Positions 37,752 through 49,547 of a DNA stretch of 64,000 nt are shown piece after piece. The translations under genes were made by a program, and so were the position numbers. Source of the stretch: Mobula hypostoma (taxonomy: Eukaryota); NCBI RefSeq assembly GCF_963921235.1, contig NC_086097.1:34226001-34290000 (forward strand), read 5' to 3'. How positions within the stretch are numbered: position 1 is the stretch's first letter; every line of letters begins with the position of its first letter. The notes under the pieces are model-generated. The model searched no databases and was not told the origin of the DNA. It saw only the letters and a list, made by a program, of their open reading frames with translations.

Positions 37752-38444
37752 CTGTTCGGATTAGCAATTAGCGTGAGTTATATGGATGTAGATTCGACAG
37801 CCAAAGTTACCCATCTAAACACAGACCTTGCATCTTATTTTATTCAGAACTCCCCAGTAATGCCCCGGTAGGACGCTGCAGGGACGGTTTCAAACTTAAT
37901 TACAATTGACTGAAAGCCATCAAGGTGAATATATAAAGTTAATTTACAAAATAAATTCTGTTCCGTTTTACTCTTAAAACGCATGTCTAAAATAATCTGT
38001 CTGTACTAGGGTTAGACAAGAATGATATCATTAACACGAGAGGCCTTTATTAATTATGAGGTTCTGGAGGAAACTTGTACGGTCCTCCAAGAGTCGCAGG
38101 TTAGCGAAGCTTTATTATGGAGTAGCCGTATTCTAATAATGTTAGCCTTCCCGGCTAATATAATCCAATCGACTTCAGGAAAGGCTCGTGCTCTGCAAGT
38201 TCATGACTCCTCTGATGTAACATGGAAAGATGCAAACTTAAATTTTTAAAAAGCGCACTTAAACTGAGAAAATTGCCTACAATGTATTTTAAACACAAAC
38301 GCGGATAACACAAGACCACTCCTTTATCCCGGCATCTTCGGTGGAAGGAAAATTAGATCTATGGTTTGGCAAAACTATAAACATATCGCCCTTTGTGGCC
38401 CCTGCTATCAGGTGGAAAAGTTGAACGACAGCGGGCTCACTCAC
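37752..38444 (-). other. SLC24A4: SLC24A4 intron 1 (693 bp, GT-AG)
   Basis: Bounded by a GTGAGT donor and a CAG acceptor, and joins exons 1 and 2 in frame. Confidence 0.9.
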
Positions 38445-38595
38445 CTAGTCTGGACAGCAGACTGCACATGCACCAGGCCAGGAAGAGAATGCTGCAGGAA
38501 ACACCAATCTGATAAAGAACCATCTCTCTCCTCCTACGAACTTTGGTCATTTTTGCAAACGCCGTGGTCCTCGTCCGTTTGATCCCCGGCTCCAT
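38445..38595 (-). CDS. SLC24A4: SLC24A4/NCKX4 coding exon 1 (N-terminus, basic cluster and signal/TM0 segment)
   Basis: Manual translation: MEPGIKRTRTTAFAKMTKVRRRREMVLYQIGVSCSILFLAWCMCSLLSRL+G. This matches the NCKX4 N-terminal KVRRRREM-xxxQ(V/I)G hydrophobic segment as I recall it from human. Kozak context gcgATGG and donor AG|GTGAGT at 38445/38444, phase 1 (151 nt). Confidence 0.93.
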
Positions 38596-38791
38596 CGCCT
38601 CTGACAATTTGATATGTCTTTTTTTTTATTATTATTGCGAGACGCTGGTCTGTGCTGTGTCCCACCTACCCACCCCCCTTTGCTGCGTGTTTAAACTCCG
38701 GCGCCACTTCTCATTTCACGCTGTTAAAGGAGGAAAAAAACCTTAATGCAGTGTCGAGATCACATGTGAGCGCCAGGTTTCAGGGACCAGA

Positions 38792-38808
38792 GGGAGAGAG
38801 AGAGAGAG
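38792..38808. repeat. (GA)n microsatellite
   Basis: gggagagagagagagag. Confidence 0.9.
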
Positions 38809-39457
38809 AAGAGCCTGTCAGTTTGAGGACGTTCTTCGCTTCGGGTAATGACGAGGGCTCGTAAGGCAAGGAACAGGGTTTTACCGTACCTATAAATGGA
38901 GTTCCCTAAGGATATGAAGATTACAACCCCTCCCCGCCAACCATATTTAAAACAAAACATGAAGAGAATAAGCAGAACACAAAAAATATTCAGTACGTAG
39001 ATCACTCTTTAATAAAGAAAAAAGATGTTTTTGCTGTGACACACGGCGAGGTCGTGCGATTAACAAGCTCTGTGCCGCCGTGTCCATCTCTCTCCTTCCG
39101 AGTCTAACCTCAAATTTCGACCACTTTCTACTTCGCCTCTGCCTCTGACCGCGAATGACCTCTAATCCAGCCCCTTCCCCTTTCCCCCTTGATCAGGACA
39201 GCGAATAATCCCCCAGCCCTATCTATCCGTGTTTGCCTCTTCAGTGTGCTGATGTTATTTGGAAATGGAGAGCCAGATTCGTGGGGCTGTGCTTCATCCA
39301 TCTCACACCTGTGTGTGCGCTCGTCTGTCATTCTAAAACACACACAGAACTGTGGTTGAATACGGAGACTGAACCCCTGAATAATAGACTTCAAAAGGAT
39401 TGTCAGCCATGGAGGTGCACGGCGTAGTATAAACAGTGGTCGCTGGAATTCGCCGCC

Positions 39458-39462
<5 letters not shown>

Positions 39463-39489
<27 letters not shown>
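39463..39489. repeat. (TG)n microsatellite
   Basis: Uninterrupted tg run. Confidence 0.95.
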
Positions 39490-39769
39490 CCAGAAGATGC
39501 CCGAATTACCGCCGTTGGATTTTAATGAAGGAATGGAAACGTGCCTGGGAAGGCGCTCGCAGGGACGCCTCGTTCAGCCTGGCAGTAGGTATAGGCTAGC
39601 AGCAAACCTACGGGTATTAGGTATCGTCTCAGGCTGCCCTGCACACACACTCAGTACAGGAGGTGTGCTGGGTCAGAACTATGGCTGGTAACGAAGGCGA
39701 TGTATCTCGCAGTAAATCCTGCCTGCGACACGATCCTTTGATACCGTGGTCTGCCGGTGACACAGGGAG

Positions 39770-40092
39770 ATGGACTACAAGATCCCGCCCAAGTCCAGAA
39801 TCCGATCTAGTCAAGCCTATTCTGAGACAGGTGATCCACTCATGGATGCCATTTATATCCACCAAGCCTATGCCATACCTGGCAGGAAAATGACTGACAG
39901 CCTTGCACTGAGTATGGATGCTATTACTTACGTGCAAGATAGGGGGTTAAGTGTGTGCATGGTAAGCTTTGACCAGGAGATGCCTTTTGATAGTACAGCC
40001 TGGATGTGCTTTCCAAAATAAGCATCAGGGAAGGAATTGGGTATTGGATCCAACTGCTCTACACTGCTACCGGTGCAATCCAAATTAGCATC
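39770..40092 (+). mobile_element. Tx1-clade (L1 group) RT, 5' part
   Basis: DYKI...QAYAIPGRKMTDSLAL..DAITYVQDRG..VCMVSFDQE.PFD matches Tx1-type RT motifs. Confidence 0.85.
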
Positions 40093-40096
40093 AAAT

Positions 40097-42134
40097 ATAG
40101 AACAATACAGCACAATACAAGACCTTTGGCCCATGATGATGAAAGTGGAAGAGTGCATTAGTAAATTTATCCCAACTTTTTGAACTACTCCAAGATCAAG
40201 CTAGCACTTCCCTCCAACATTGTCCCCCATTTATCTCTCATCCATCATGTGCTTATCCAAGTGTCTCTTAAATGTACCCTATATACCTGGCTCGACCACC
40301 AACCCTGACAGCACATTCCACACACCCACTAACCACTGTGTAAAAAACTTACCTCTGACATCCCCCTTATACTTTCCTCTAATCACCTTAAAATTATGCT
40401 GTCCTGATATTCATTTCCACCTTGGGCTGTCCACTCAGTCTATGCTCCTTATCGTCATGTACACCTCCATCAATCCACCTCTCGTTCTCCTTCACTCCAA
40501 ATAAAAAAGCCCTAGCTCACTCAACCTGTCCTCATACAGCATACTCTATAATTCAAGCAGCATCCTGGTAAATCTCCTCTGCACTCTCTCTAAAGCTTCT
40601 ATATTCTTCCTATAATGAAGCAGCTGGAACTGAACTCAGCACAATACGAGGGGTGATTGATAAGTTCATAGACTAAGGTACAAGGAGTCAATTTTAGAAA
40701 ACCTAACACATTTATTTTTCCTACATTTACACAGTTAGTCCTGCGATTGTGGAGCATACGGATCCCTTCTTTGTAGAAGTCGGCATCTTGGATCTCCAGG
40801 TGGTCCACAGCAGGTGTGATTGATAAGTTCATGGCCTAAGGTAGAAGGAGATGAGTTATTAACTTCAAACTTCCTGCATTTTCACTCAAAGAGTTGAACT
40901 GCACGTGCACATAACAAGAGCTGTATAACTCATCTCCTTCTACCTAAGGCCACAAACTTATCAATCACCCCTGCTGTGGACCACCTGGAAGTCCAAGATG
41001 CTCTCGTTACATGCACGTGCAGTTCAACTCTTTGAGTGAAAATGTCAAAGATCAGCCACATTAGGTATGACCTGCCCTTCACAAAGCCATACTGACCATA
41101 CCTAATCAGAGTATGCTTCTTCCAATACTCGTAAATCCTCCCTTGAACAATCCTCTCCAATAGCTTGCCCACTACTTATGTAAGACTCACAGATCTATAA
41201 TTCCCAGGATTATTCCCATTACCTTTCTTGAACAAAGAAAGTCATCCTCCAAACAATTGGTAATACTCCTCTAGCCAATGAGGATGCACAGGTCATTGCC
41301 AAAGGCACAACAATCTCCTCCCTCACTTCCCATTGTAACCTGTGGTATATCCCGTCCGGCTCTGTGGATTTATCTATCCTGACGGTTTTCAGAAGTTCCA
41401 GCACCTTCTCTTTCTAAACAGCAATATATTCCAGCATATCAGCCTGTTTATGCTAACCTCACACTTGCCCAGGATCCTCTCACTGGTCAATACTGAAGCA
41501 AAGCACTCATTAAGGACCTCCCCTACCTTCCCCAACTCCAAGATTCAAGATCAAGATTTGAGTTTACTTATCATGTGTACCTTGAAACATACAGTGAAAT
41601 ACATTGTTTACATTAACAACCAACACATGCATGTTTCATCTTTTATCCCTGGTCAGCCCTACCCTTACTCTAATCATCCTCCTGTTCTTCACATACTTGG
41701 GGCTTGGGGGTTTTCCTTAATCCTACTTGCCAAGTCCATGTCATGCCCTTTCTAACATTCCATTCTTAAGCTCCTTCCTGTCTACCTTATAACATTTAAG
41801 AGCCCTATCTCATCCTTGTTTCCTAAACCTTAATTATGCTTCCTTCTTCCTCTTGACTAGATGTTCCACATCTCTTATTAACCATGGTTTCTTCACTCTA
41901 TCATTATTTTCCTGACTCAGTGGGCCAAATATATCCAGATAAGATGCAAGTGCTCCCTAAACAAACGCCACATTTCCGTTTTGCATTTTCCTGAGTATAT
42001 CTGTTCCCAAGCTCCCGACCAATAGCATCGCAATTTATCCTCATCACAATTAAATACTTTTCCATACCGTCTGATCCTAACCCTGTTCAAGACTATGGTA
42101 AAGGTCAAGGAGTTGTGGTCACTATCTCAGAAAT
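40097..42134 (-). mobile_element. CR1 inserted into the Tx1 element
   Basis: CR1 tail at ~40097 and antisense ORF2 motifs (GKLLERI...QYGFVKGRSYL; DKSTEPDGIY). Confidence 0.85.
40645..41045 (-). mobile_element. Tc1/mariner non-autonomous derivative nested in CR1
   Basis: TA + CGAGGGGTGATTGATAAGTT TIR. The antisense frame gives QDADFYKEGIRMLHNRRTNCVNVG, a mariner transposase C-terminus. The other end is missing. Confidence 0.85.
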
Positions 42135-42139
42135 ACAGA

Positions 42140-43565
42140 TAACCTCCCCAATGTCTGTTGTCAGCAATGTCCTATATCCTCTGTCCATGTGGTGCATCAA
42201 ACCTTTTGCTGAATCTATCAGGAAGGATTTGGGCATAAGAGGAATGATGATGCCACACAATGGGGGACTCAGCTCATAGTCTGCCTGTACACAGATGACA
42301 TTGTCTCCTGCTCGGATCCATGGTTAATCCACAGATTTATCAGCGTCTCTGACTGGTTTGAGTTAGTGTTGGCAGTCAGAGTCAACCACAGAAAGGAACG
42401 CTTCCATGTTATTTGGAACCCAATCCAAATGATCCTGCACCCTCTACTGTCAAATCTGATGACATGAAGGGGCTGAGGATCTGGTTCAGAAGAGCTGGGC
42501 TATATGTAAGGATTGGCTGGAGTGAATAGCCAAGGGAAAGCCAGTTCGAAATGTGCAAGCAGTACTCTCTCTCAAAAATGAGTAAAGAAGTGGACATCAA
42601 GTATAAGATGCTCTCAAGGTTTGCTGTCCATGGTACATATGTGACCCGTACCCTTCCCCTTCAAAATGAGCTGTCTTCTGTTTCAACAGGAGATACAGAA
42701 TGGGGCATATTTACTAGGTCATGATGGACCATGTCCTGATGGCAATATTTGCATCAACCTGCAGGTAAAACCAAAATAGTAAGTATCACTGTATGCCGAG
42801 ATTCTACCTGTCCCCAAAGTCTGGCCTCATTACTATGTAATGTTCCGTTCAGCTAGACTTTATCACACTGCCTGTCCTTTGTAGATAATAGATTCTGTGC
42901 GATAGTTTCCTGGGCAAACAGTCGACGTTAAATGGCAGAATGCCTCAATGCCTGAACTCATCAACAAGCACCAAGACCTCACTTGGCTGGCAGTGAGCGA
43001 AGCCCTCCCTATCAGATCATTTCTCGTACAGGCCTGCCCAGAGAGGGCTTCAGCATGGAGGCAATGATTGTCCACCTCTCTGTGGACTGCATGTTTGTCA
43101 GAAAGTGTCTGTGTCAAGATTTGGTCCCAGCAGCTACAAAAAAGAGAGGGTTCTGTGATCTACACATTGCTCCCAGGGACCTGTATTGAGACAAACTTCT
43201 GTTACTGGAAGATCATTAATGTGGTAAAAGATAGACCTTGATCTGTAAGACTGATTGCTGTAGGGGAATGTATATAAATGAATACCCCCAACTGATGCAT
43301 TCTGGGGTAGAGGGCAACATGATGAATGATACACTGAAGCTCTGTGCATCCACCCCAAATGCTTGCTGAGGAAGGACCACAGTCTGAGAACTGAGTCCTC
43401 TGATATAACCTTTCAAATACTTCATGGTTGTATTATTGAGAGAGGAGTCATGAGTGGTATTGAAGCATTTGAAGAGCAGGTATTGACTGATTGTCACAAT
43501 GAATGTAAAAGAAGATGTGTACTGATTGTGTTTCCTGTCTATGAACAAAGTAGATTTTTCAAACT
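42140..43565 (+). mobile_element. Tx1-clade element, 3' part (RT continuation, zinc knuckle, 3' end)
   Basis: IKPFAESIRKD.GIRG, LYTDD, WQNAS.PELINKHQDLTWLAV..ALPIRSFL and HL..DC motifs continue the RT from 40092. Confidence 0.85.
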
Positions 43566-44188
43566 GGAACAGCTTTTGTAATATTGTTGACATCCTCCGC
43601 AATACATGTGGCATTAGTCCTATGAGAAAAGGCTTCATGAACTATCTTGAGCCCTTCAGTCATAACTGTAACCCCAAAGACACTGGTGTGGGAACTAGGG
43701 CTGGTAAAAACCAGTTCCTTTCTAATAAACTGTTCGTAAACATCTCCATGAGCATACAGTCTAAAAACTTCTTTTAATGGAGGTACTTGGCCAACAGCAG
43801 AATGTTCCAGAAACCTACATGGCCTCTGTGTGCTGCTGTCTGCAATGTCAGGCACCTCAGACCACCTCAGCGATATTTCTTTGTCATCTCTGAAGTGCTT
43901 TGGCATGGGCTGCCCCATGCCAAATGAAACATAGGAAATGTAGGCAGCCAATTAGTGCGCGAGATATCGGAGAAAAATAAACACAATGTGATCCTAATTG
44001 GGTGTGTGGTTGTTGAACGAGCAATGAAGATTGGTCCAGCCTCAGAGAGCTTTTTTCCCTCATATGGCGTCTGTAGTTGAAATAGAAATCAGAGCTCAGT
44101 TTATGCTCTCATTCGGAAGACAGTACCATGGGGAGAGCAGGACGGTGTCAGTACTGCCCTGGAGTTCCCCTTAATATGTACGGTGGAT

Positions 44189-44526
44189 TTAAGGAGATGC
44201 CTATCCCTGCATGTGAAGACAGACTCCGGCGGATTGAGCGGACGAGACCAATGGAAGGTCCAACGGTCAGGAAGGCAGTCTCTGCAAGCGTCGTGGAACG
44301 TGTAGAGCATGACAAGACACAGAAGACGTCCTGGTCATCCACTGCGTCTAGTCCCATCTCCAGCCGTCTCAACTCTGTCTTGCCACTGGATCCAGATGGG
44401 AATTGGGAAGAGAGAGTGAGGTTGACGCTGCGCAACTCTCCCTCACTTAAATCCAAATCATGCACTAGTCTCGACACCATCAATGGTGTCGAGGTCTTCA
44501 TCGATGACCACGATGGACAAACAACA
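44189..44526 (+). mobile_element. ORF-less retroposon with 3' hairpin and (CAA)n tail (RTE-like)
   Basis: 11-bp stem ctcgacaccat/atggtgtcgag at 44470-44493, tail caaacaacaac, and a probable TSD acggtggat / acagtggat. Confidence 0.55.
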
Positions 44527-44659
44527 ACAGTGGATCCAACACAGATAGCCCTGTTTCATGGCAAGAGTGACAAAACCAAGCCACATCCAGCACCCAAGGA
44601 AGGTCCCAACAACCTTTGTGCAGGATAACAATGAGTGTGGATATTGTACACAATGACCC

Positions 44660-45030
44660 ATCAGTAGCCTCTTGACCATTGAGGACATCTTCAAAAGGCA
44701 ATGCCATTAAGAGCTGTCACCATCTAAGACATGCCATCTTGTCATTACTACCATCAGAGAGGACATACAGGAGTTTGAGGACGTACACTAAGCACTTTAG
44801 GAGCAGTTTCTCCCACCTGCCATCATATTTCTGAATGGTCTGTGAACCATAAACACTACCTTACTATTTTGCTTGCATCTTGCACTATTTATTTATTTTT
44901 TATATATTACTTAACTTATAATAATTTTTATGTATTGCACTCTACAGTTTATGCAAAGCAAGAAATTTCATGAGCTACATCAGAGATAATAAACTTGATT
45001 CTGGTTCTTATTCTGATTTTTAAAATGCTG
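44660..45030 (+). mobile_element. Rex1/Babar 3' end
   Basis: LLPSERTYRSL remnant, AATAAA and a (TTCTGA)-like tail. Confidence 0.75.
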
Positions 45031-45109
45031 GAAATAGAGTGAGTGAGCACAGTCTTTGAAAACACGGTTAGTAATTGAGGTAAAGAATAATGCAGTTTTC
45101 CATTCCCAA

Positions 45110-45615
45110 ATTGACCTAAAAGCCGCAGCTCTAGCCTTTAAAAGGGACTTGACCTCATAATTCATCCAAGGTTTCCGGTTAGGGAATACCCGGATCGTCT
45201 TGCGAGACACACAGTCCTCCGTGCATTTCCGAATAAAGTCCGTGACAGCTGAGGCATACTCATCGAGGTTAGCTGCACCTTTACTTCCTGAGAAAACTAA
45301 AAAAATTTGGCCTGTCCCCTAATACCCTCACTAATTTTTATAGATGCACCGTAGAAAGCATTCTTCTAGGGTGCATCACAACCTGGTATGGAAGTTGTCC
45401 TGTTGGTTTTTTTGCACTACCTTACTTCCCATTTTTCTATTTTCTATTTATGATTTATAATTTAAATTTTTAATATTTACTAATTTAAACTATTTTTAAT
45501 ATTTAATATTTGTAATCCATGGAGTGTGAAGCGCAGATTCAAATATCGCTGTGATGATTGTACGTTCTAGCACTAAGTGTTTGGTGGCAATAAAGTATAA
45601 AGTATAAATTATAAA
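45110..45615 (+). mobile_element. Rex1/Babar copy with inverted 5' piece and internal deletion
   Basis: Antisense KTIRVFPNRKPWMN (45110-45275) is joined to sense YFLRKLKKFGL...FYRCTVESIL, followed by the 3' UTR and an (AAAGTAT)n tail. Confidence 0.8.
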
Positions 45616-46921
45616 TGATCTCCATTTCTCTGATCCAAAAGTCTTTCATGAGTTTTTCAAAAAAATTTGAAGATACCTGAAAGGTCCCCATTGCATGAGT
45701 CCCATTATCTTCTTCTAAATTACATAACTGTATCTAGAACTACTCAACTGTATCCAAGTGTACAAGGGTTAATATTTTCATGGCAGCTAATAAATAAGAT
45801 GCTTTGCATTTAATTTATGAACAATGCAGCATGTACAAATGAGATTCCATGTGAACAGAAAAGTGAACTCTAACAAAATAACAAAGTGTTGTCTAATTCA
45901 CCATTAGCAATTTCTTATGAGACTTAAAACTGTGATACAAGCTTCAAATCTGCCCTGAATTAGTTGCTGAAGCTAATTCACTTAAAGTATAGATGTAACA
46001 GTGGGGAATGTTACACTTTTAGAATAAAGGGATCTTGTGGTTCAAAGTCAGCAAGTGTAGCCCTTTGTATCCCTTTGAAAGTGAAGCCGGGTCTTTGAAA
46101 GTACAGTCTAATTTATTCCCACCCTCCAGCCTTTGCCCTGTAATCCATGGCCATTCCCTTTTGAAATTTACCAATGCAGTATAATTCTTCCATCCTCTCA
46201 GGAGGAGCCACTTGGTACACTGGCAACCTCCTGTGTGAAGAAATCTCTGTTTTTTTTTATTATTTGCAGCAAAGCCAGCATTTATTGGCCATCCCTAGTG
46301 CCCCTGAGCCAAGGAGGGAGGTAAGAGTCACATTTGAGAGGGTCAGGGATGACAAATTTCTGAACGATACAAGCAAAGGTGATGGATTTTGTGCAGCAAA
46401 CTGGCTGTAGCAATATTACCATTACTGTCACTAGTTTTGTAATTTTAGTTCCAGATTTATTTAACTACTTAAATTTAAATTCTCCAGCTGCCACAGTGGG
46501 ATTTTATCACATGTTTTCCACATCAAAGACTGGGCTTTTGGGTGCTAGCCAAGTAAGTTAACCACATGCTAACTCCAGCATATTTAGCGATTATTTTAAG
46601 GTTATAACATCTGATTACATATGCATGTCGGGGGAGCATTTCTCCCTAATCTAACATAATACTTCTTCATATTGAATACTCTCTTAGATCCTTTGTAACT
46701 TTAAGAAATGAAATGTCCATGTCTTCCACTTGTTTGCATAACTAAAGTCCTTCAACACAGGTACACCCCTGGTTCCAGATGTTCTAGATTCTAGATTCAA
46801 GTTTGTTTATTGTCAGACTTTGTTACAAAGGGGTTTAAAGGGGAACAAAATGATTGTTACTCTGGATCTGATGGAGCAAAATAAAACACAAGCATAAAGA
46901 ATACAATAAAAAACTAACAAA

Positions 46922-48400
46922 TTCAAGGACATTTTCAACCTCTCACTGCTACGGGCAGAAGTTCCCACTTGCTTCAAAAAGGCAACAATTATACCAGTGC
47001 CTGAGAAGAATAATGTGAGCTGCCTTAATGACTATCGCCCAGTAGCACTCACATCAACAATGTTGAAATGCTTTGAGAGGTTGGTTATGACTAGACTGAA
47101 CTCCTGCCTCAGCAAGGACCTGAACCCATTGCAATTTGCCTATCGCCACAATCAGCAGATGCAATCTTGATGGCTCTCCAGACAGCTTTAGACCACCTAG
47201 ACAACACAAACAGCTACGTCAGGATGCTGTTCATCAACCATAGCTCAGCATTTAATACCATCATTCCCACAATCCTGATCGAGAAGTTGCAGAACCTGGG
47301 CCTCTGTACCTCCCTCTGCAATTGGATCCTCAACTTCCTAACCGGGAAGACCACAATCTGTGTGGATTGGTGATAACATATACTCTTTGCTGATGATCAA
47401 CAATAGCGCACCTCAGGGGTGTGTGCTTAGCCCACTGCTCTACTCTCTATATATACATGACTGTGTGGCTAGGCATAGCTCAAATACCAAATACCATCTA
47501 CAAATTTGCTGACAATACATCCGTTGTTGGTAGAATGTCGGGTGGTGACGAGAGAGCATACAGGAGTGAGATATGCCAACTTGTGGAATGGTGTCGCAGC
47601 AACAACCTGGTACTCAACGTCAGTAAGGTGAAAGAGCTGATTGTGGACTTCAGGAAGGGTAAGACGAAGCAACACATACCAATCCTCATTGAGTGGTCAG
47701 AAGTGGAGAGAGTGAGCAGCTTCGAGTTCCTGGGCATCAAGATCTCTGAGAATCTAACCTGGTCCCAGCATATTGATGTAGTCATAAAGAAAGCAAGACA
47801 GCAGCTACACTTTATTAGGAGTTTGAAGAGATTTGGTATGTCAACAAATACACTCAAAAACTTCTATAGTTGTACCATGGAGAGCATTCTGACAGGCTGC
47901 ATCACTGTCTGGTATGGAGGGGCTACTGCACAGGACCGAAAGAAACTGCAGAAGGTTGTAAATCTAGTCAGCTCCATCTTGGGTACTAGCCTACAAAGTA
48001 CCCAGGACATCTTCAGGGACCGGTGTCTCAGAAAAGCAGCGTCCATTATTAAGGACCTCCAACACCCAGGGTATGCCCTTTTCTCACTGTTACCATCAGG
48101 TAGGAGATACAGAAACCTGAAGGCACACACTCAGCGATTCAGGAACAGCTTCTTTCCCTCTCCCATCCAATCCCTAAATGGACATTGAAACTTTAGACAC
48201 TACCTCACTTTTTTCAATATGCAGTATTTCTGTTTTTGCAGATTAAAAAAAATCTATTCAATATATGTACTTGTTTATTTATTATTATGTTTTATTTTAT
48301 TTTATTTATTTTTTCTCTCTCTCTGATAGATTATGTATTGCATTGAACTGCTGCTGCTAAGTTAACAAATTTCATTAACCCTAAACCTAACTCTAATTCA
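46922..48400 (+). mobile_element. Rex1/Babar RT-to-3' end
   Basis: ORFs 47167..47373 and 47421..48188 (KFADNTSVVG, FLGIKISENLTWS, KAASIIKD..HPG.ALFSLLPSGRRYR). Confidence 0.92.
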
Positions 48401-49547
48401 GTCACTTGGAAGGGAACTCAAAAATAGTTTGAATTCATGTTATATCAACTTGGATGACTTTTGCTTCAATTAACATGTTCTAGATCCTCTATCAATATTT
48501 CTATCGTGTAGATGATTCTTATGTATGTTAAAAGGAATTAAAATTTACCCCATTTCATTCATCTAATGCTGGATGGAACTAAATACTGGTCCTTTTCTGG
48601 ATCAGATATGTGATTCAGTGATTATGATAAATGCCAAATAATGAATCATATTTGAAAGCATGTTGAGAAATTTTGACATTTACAAATTACAAATAAATCC
48701 CACCCATAACAATTTCCTCTGCAATATGCACAATTCAGTTCAATATTCAATTAAAAGACTAGTTAATCAGAAATGCACAACAAAATAACATAAAAATGTT
48801 ATTTTGTTCTTAAAAGGAGATATTTGCAAATTTATAGGCCATGTCATTAATCTCTACCAACCATTCAAGCTTCTAATATCTTTGGATTCCTCCAATTCTC
48901 TGTTCTTATTCACATCAATTTTAATTTTCACTACCTGCAACAAGCCTTCAACAGCTTGGTTCCAAGCTCTCAAAATTCCCAACCCTGGAGTTTGCTTCCT
49001 TCATATCTTTGTTTCTCCTGTTAAAGGTGCCTTGAAATCTTCCCTTTGTCTAAACATCTGTCCATTGGTCCTAATCTGTCTATATGTTGCTTGGAGCCAA
49101 TATATGTTTGAAAACAGAAATTAACCATGTGGAGGAGACAAGCAAAACTTGCTCTTTCAGAGCATGAAGAATCCTTGAAATCCTTTTCCTTAATGAGTGA
49201 AAGCTGAATCTTTGAATATCTTTAAGGTGGGACTAGCTAGATGCATGAAAAAAGAGAACTACCCTTTTTTAACTACCTCCAGTAATCAAACCTCCACAAC
49301 CCTCAGGAGGAGAAGTCCAGAGATTCAGCAACCTCTGCAAGAAAGTGCTTTCGGTTACATCAAGACTTCCAGTGAAATAAAGGCTGTAAATGGAGTGTCT
49401 GCAGGCTGGTCAGAGAGCATCTGTAGAAAGAGACGCATTGTTAGCCGTTCAGGTTGATGAAGGTCCTGATCTGTTGGGTACTACGGGCATTTTAAACTTT
49501 CATATTGTACTTCCAGTAACTACAGGATTTCTTTTTTGACCCCAAGA

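Larger units (their letters stand above)
37200..39800. promoter_or_regulatory. CpG-rich, repeat-free promoter/first-exon region of SLC24A4
   Basis: Visibly higher CG dinucleotide density than the CpG-depleted flanks, no transposon remnants, and it spans exons 1-2. The TSS cannot be determined from sequence. Confidence 0.7.

Noticed and set aside
37641..38595. Assignment to SLC24A3 instead of SLC24A4
   Set aside because: KVRRRREM, NRKLMA, NGT and the 37-codon exon 2 fit SLC24A4 better; only KNCTEP is SLC24A3-like.
44128..44628. 166-aa ORF as a novel gene
   Set aside because: It runs across a TSD-flanked retroposon and its flanks, has no recognisable domain, and overlaps antisense ORFs.
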